Positions 15,341 to 15,567 of a stretch of 15,567 nucleotides of DNA are shown piece after piece; position 1 is the stretch's first letter; each line of letters opens with the position of its first letter. The DNA is taken from the NCBI GenBank assembly GCA_046581755.1, contig JAYGFR010000314.1, positions 1 to 15,567 of the forward strand. The letters are read 5' to 3'. Origin of the DNA: Nitrospinota bacterium (GTDB lineage: Bacteria > UBA8248). The notes beneath the pieces were generated by a model. It saw only the letters and a program-made list of their open reading frames with translations. It searched no databases and was not told the DNA's origin. The translations under genes were made by a program, and so were the position numbers.

Positions 15341-15567
15341 ATGGGTTTCCAGAAGGTCGCATTCGCCGCCATCGTTTTTTCCCATGCCGTAAACGATATG
15401 TCGGGTGCTTTCTTTGCTTCGCTCGTCCCCCTCATCGCGAAAGAGTTCGGCCTCAGTCTCACCGGATCGGTCTCATCATGTCCATCCGCTCCATCACGGG
15501 CTCGATGCCCCAGCCGTTGTTCGGCTGGCTGAGCGATCGCTTCCCGAGCCGGTGGTGGCTGATCTCC
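15341..15567 (+). CDS. MFS transporter (Fsr-like), 5' part, with an apparent frameshift near 15464; runs off the right edge
   Basis: MGFQKVAFAAIVFSHAVNDMSGAFFASLVPLIAKEFGLSLT continues in another frame as IGLIMSIRSITGSMPQPLFGWLSDRFPSRWWLIS, which contains MFS motif A. H-x2-ND in helix 1 is Fsr-like. Confidence 0.82.

Noticed and set aside
1..15567. CRISPR array, rRNA or long tandem repeats
   Set aside because: No regularly spaced repeats or rRNA-like sequence seen.

Overview
The window has three parts. (1) About 1-2300 is an AT-richer mobile or decayed region. It holds a minus-strand trio: a hypothetical Zn-finger protein, an AlpA/Xis-like HTH protein, and the N-terminus of a probable tyrosine integrase that runs off the left edge and is missing from the ORF track. 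A degenerate tRNA 3'-fragment (possible att site) and the 3' remnant of an IS3-family element follow. (2) 2694-13431 is a seven-gene plus-strand redox cluster that I do not recognise as a named system. It encodes a pentaheme cytochrome c, an outer-membrane beta-barrel, a membrane-anchored FAD/NAD(P)/[2Fe-2S] reductase, a tetraheme cytochrome c, a cytoplasmic tandem cNMP-binding/4x[4Fe-4S] fusion, a probable di-heme-b membrane protein, and a membrane-anchored decaheme cytochrome with a duplicated four-Cys N-terminal module. There are 19 CxxCH motifs in total. The parts list suggests a cyclic-nucleotide-gated NAD(P)H-to-periplasm or outer-membrane electron conduit (inference). (3) NADP-type glutamate dehydrogenase gdhA follows on the same strand, then a hairpin-rich spacer and the frameshifted 5' end of an MFS transporter. 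All calls are from motif reading by eye; no searches were run.
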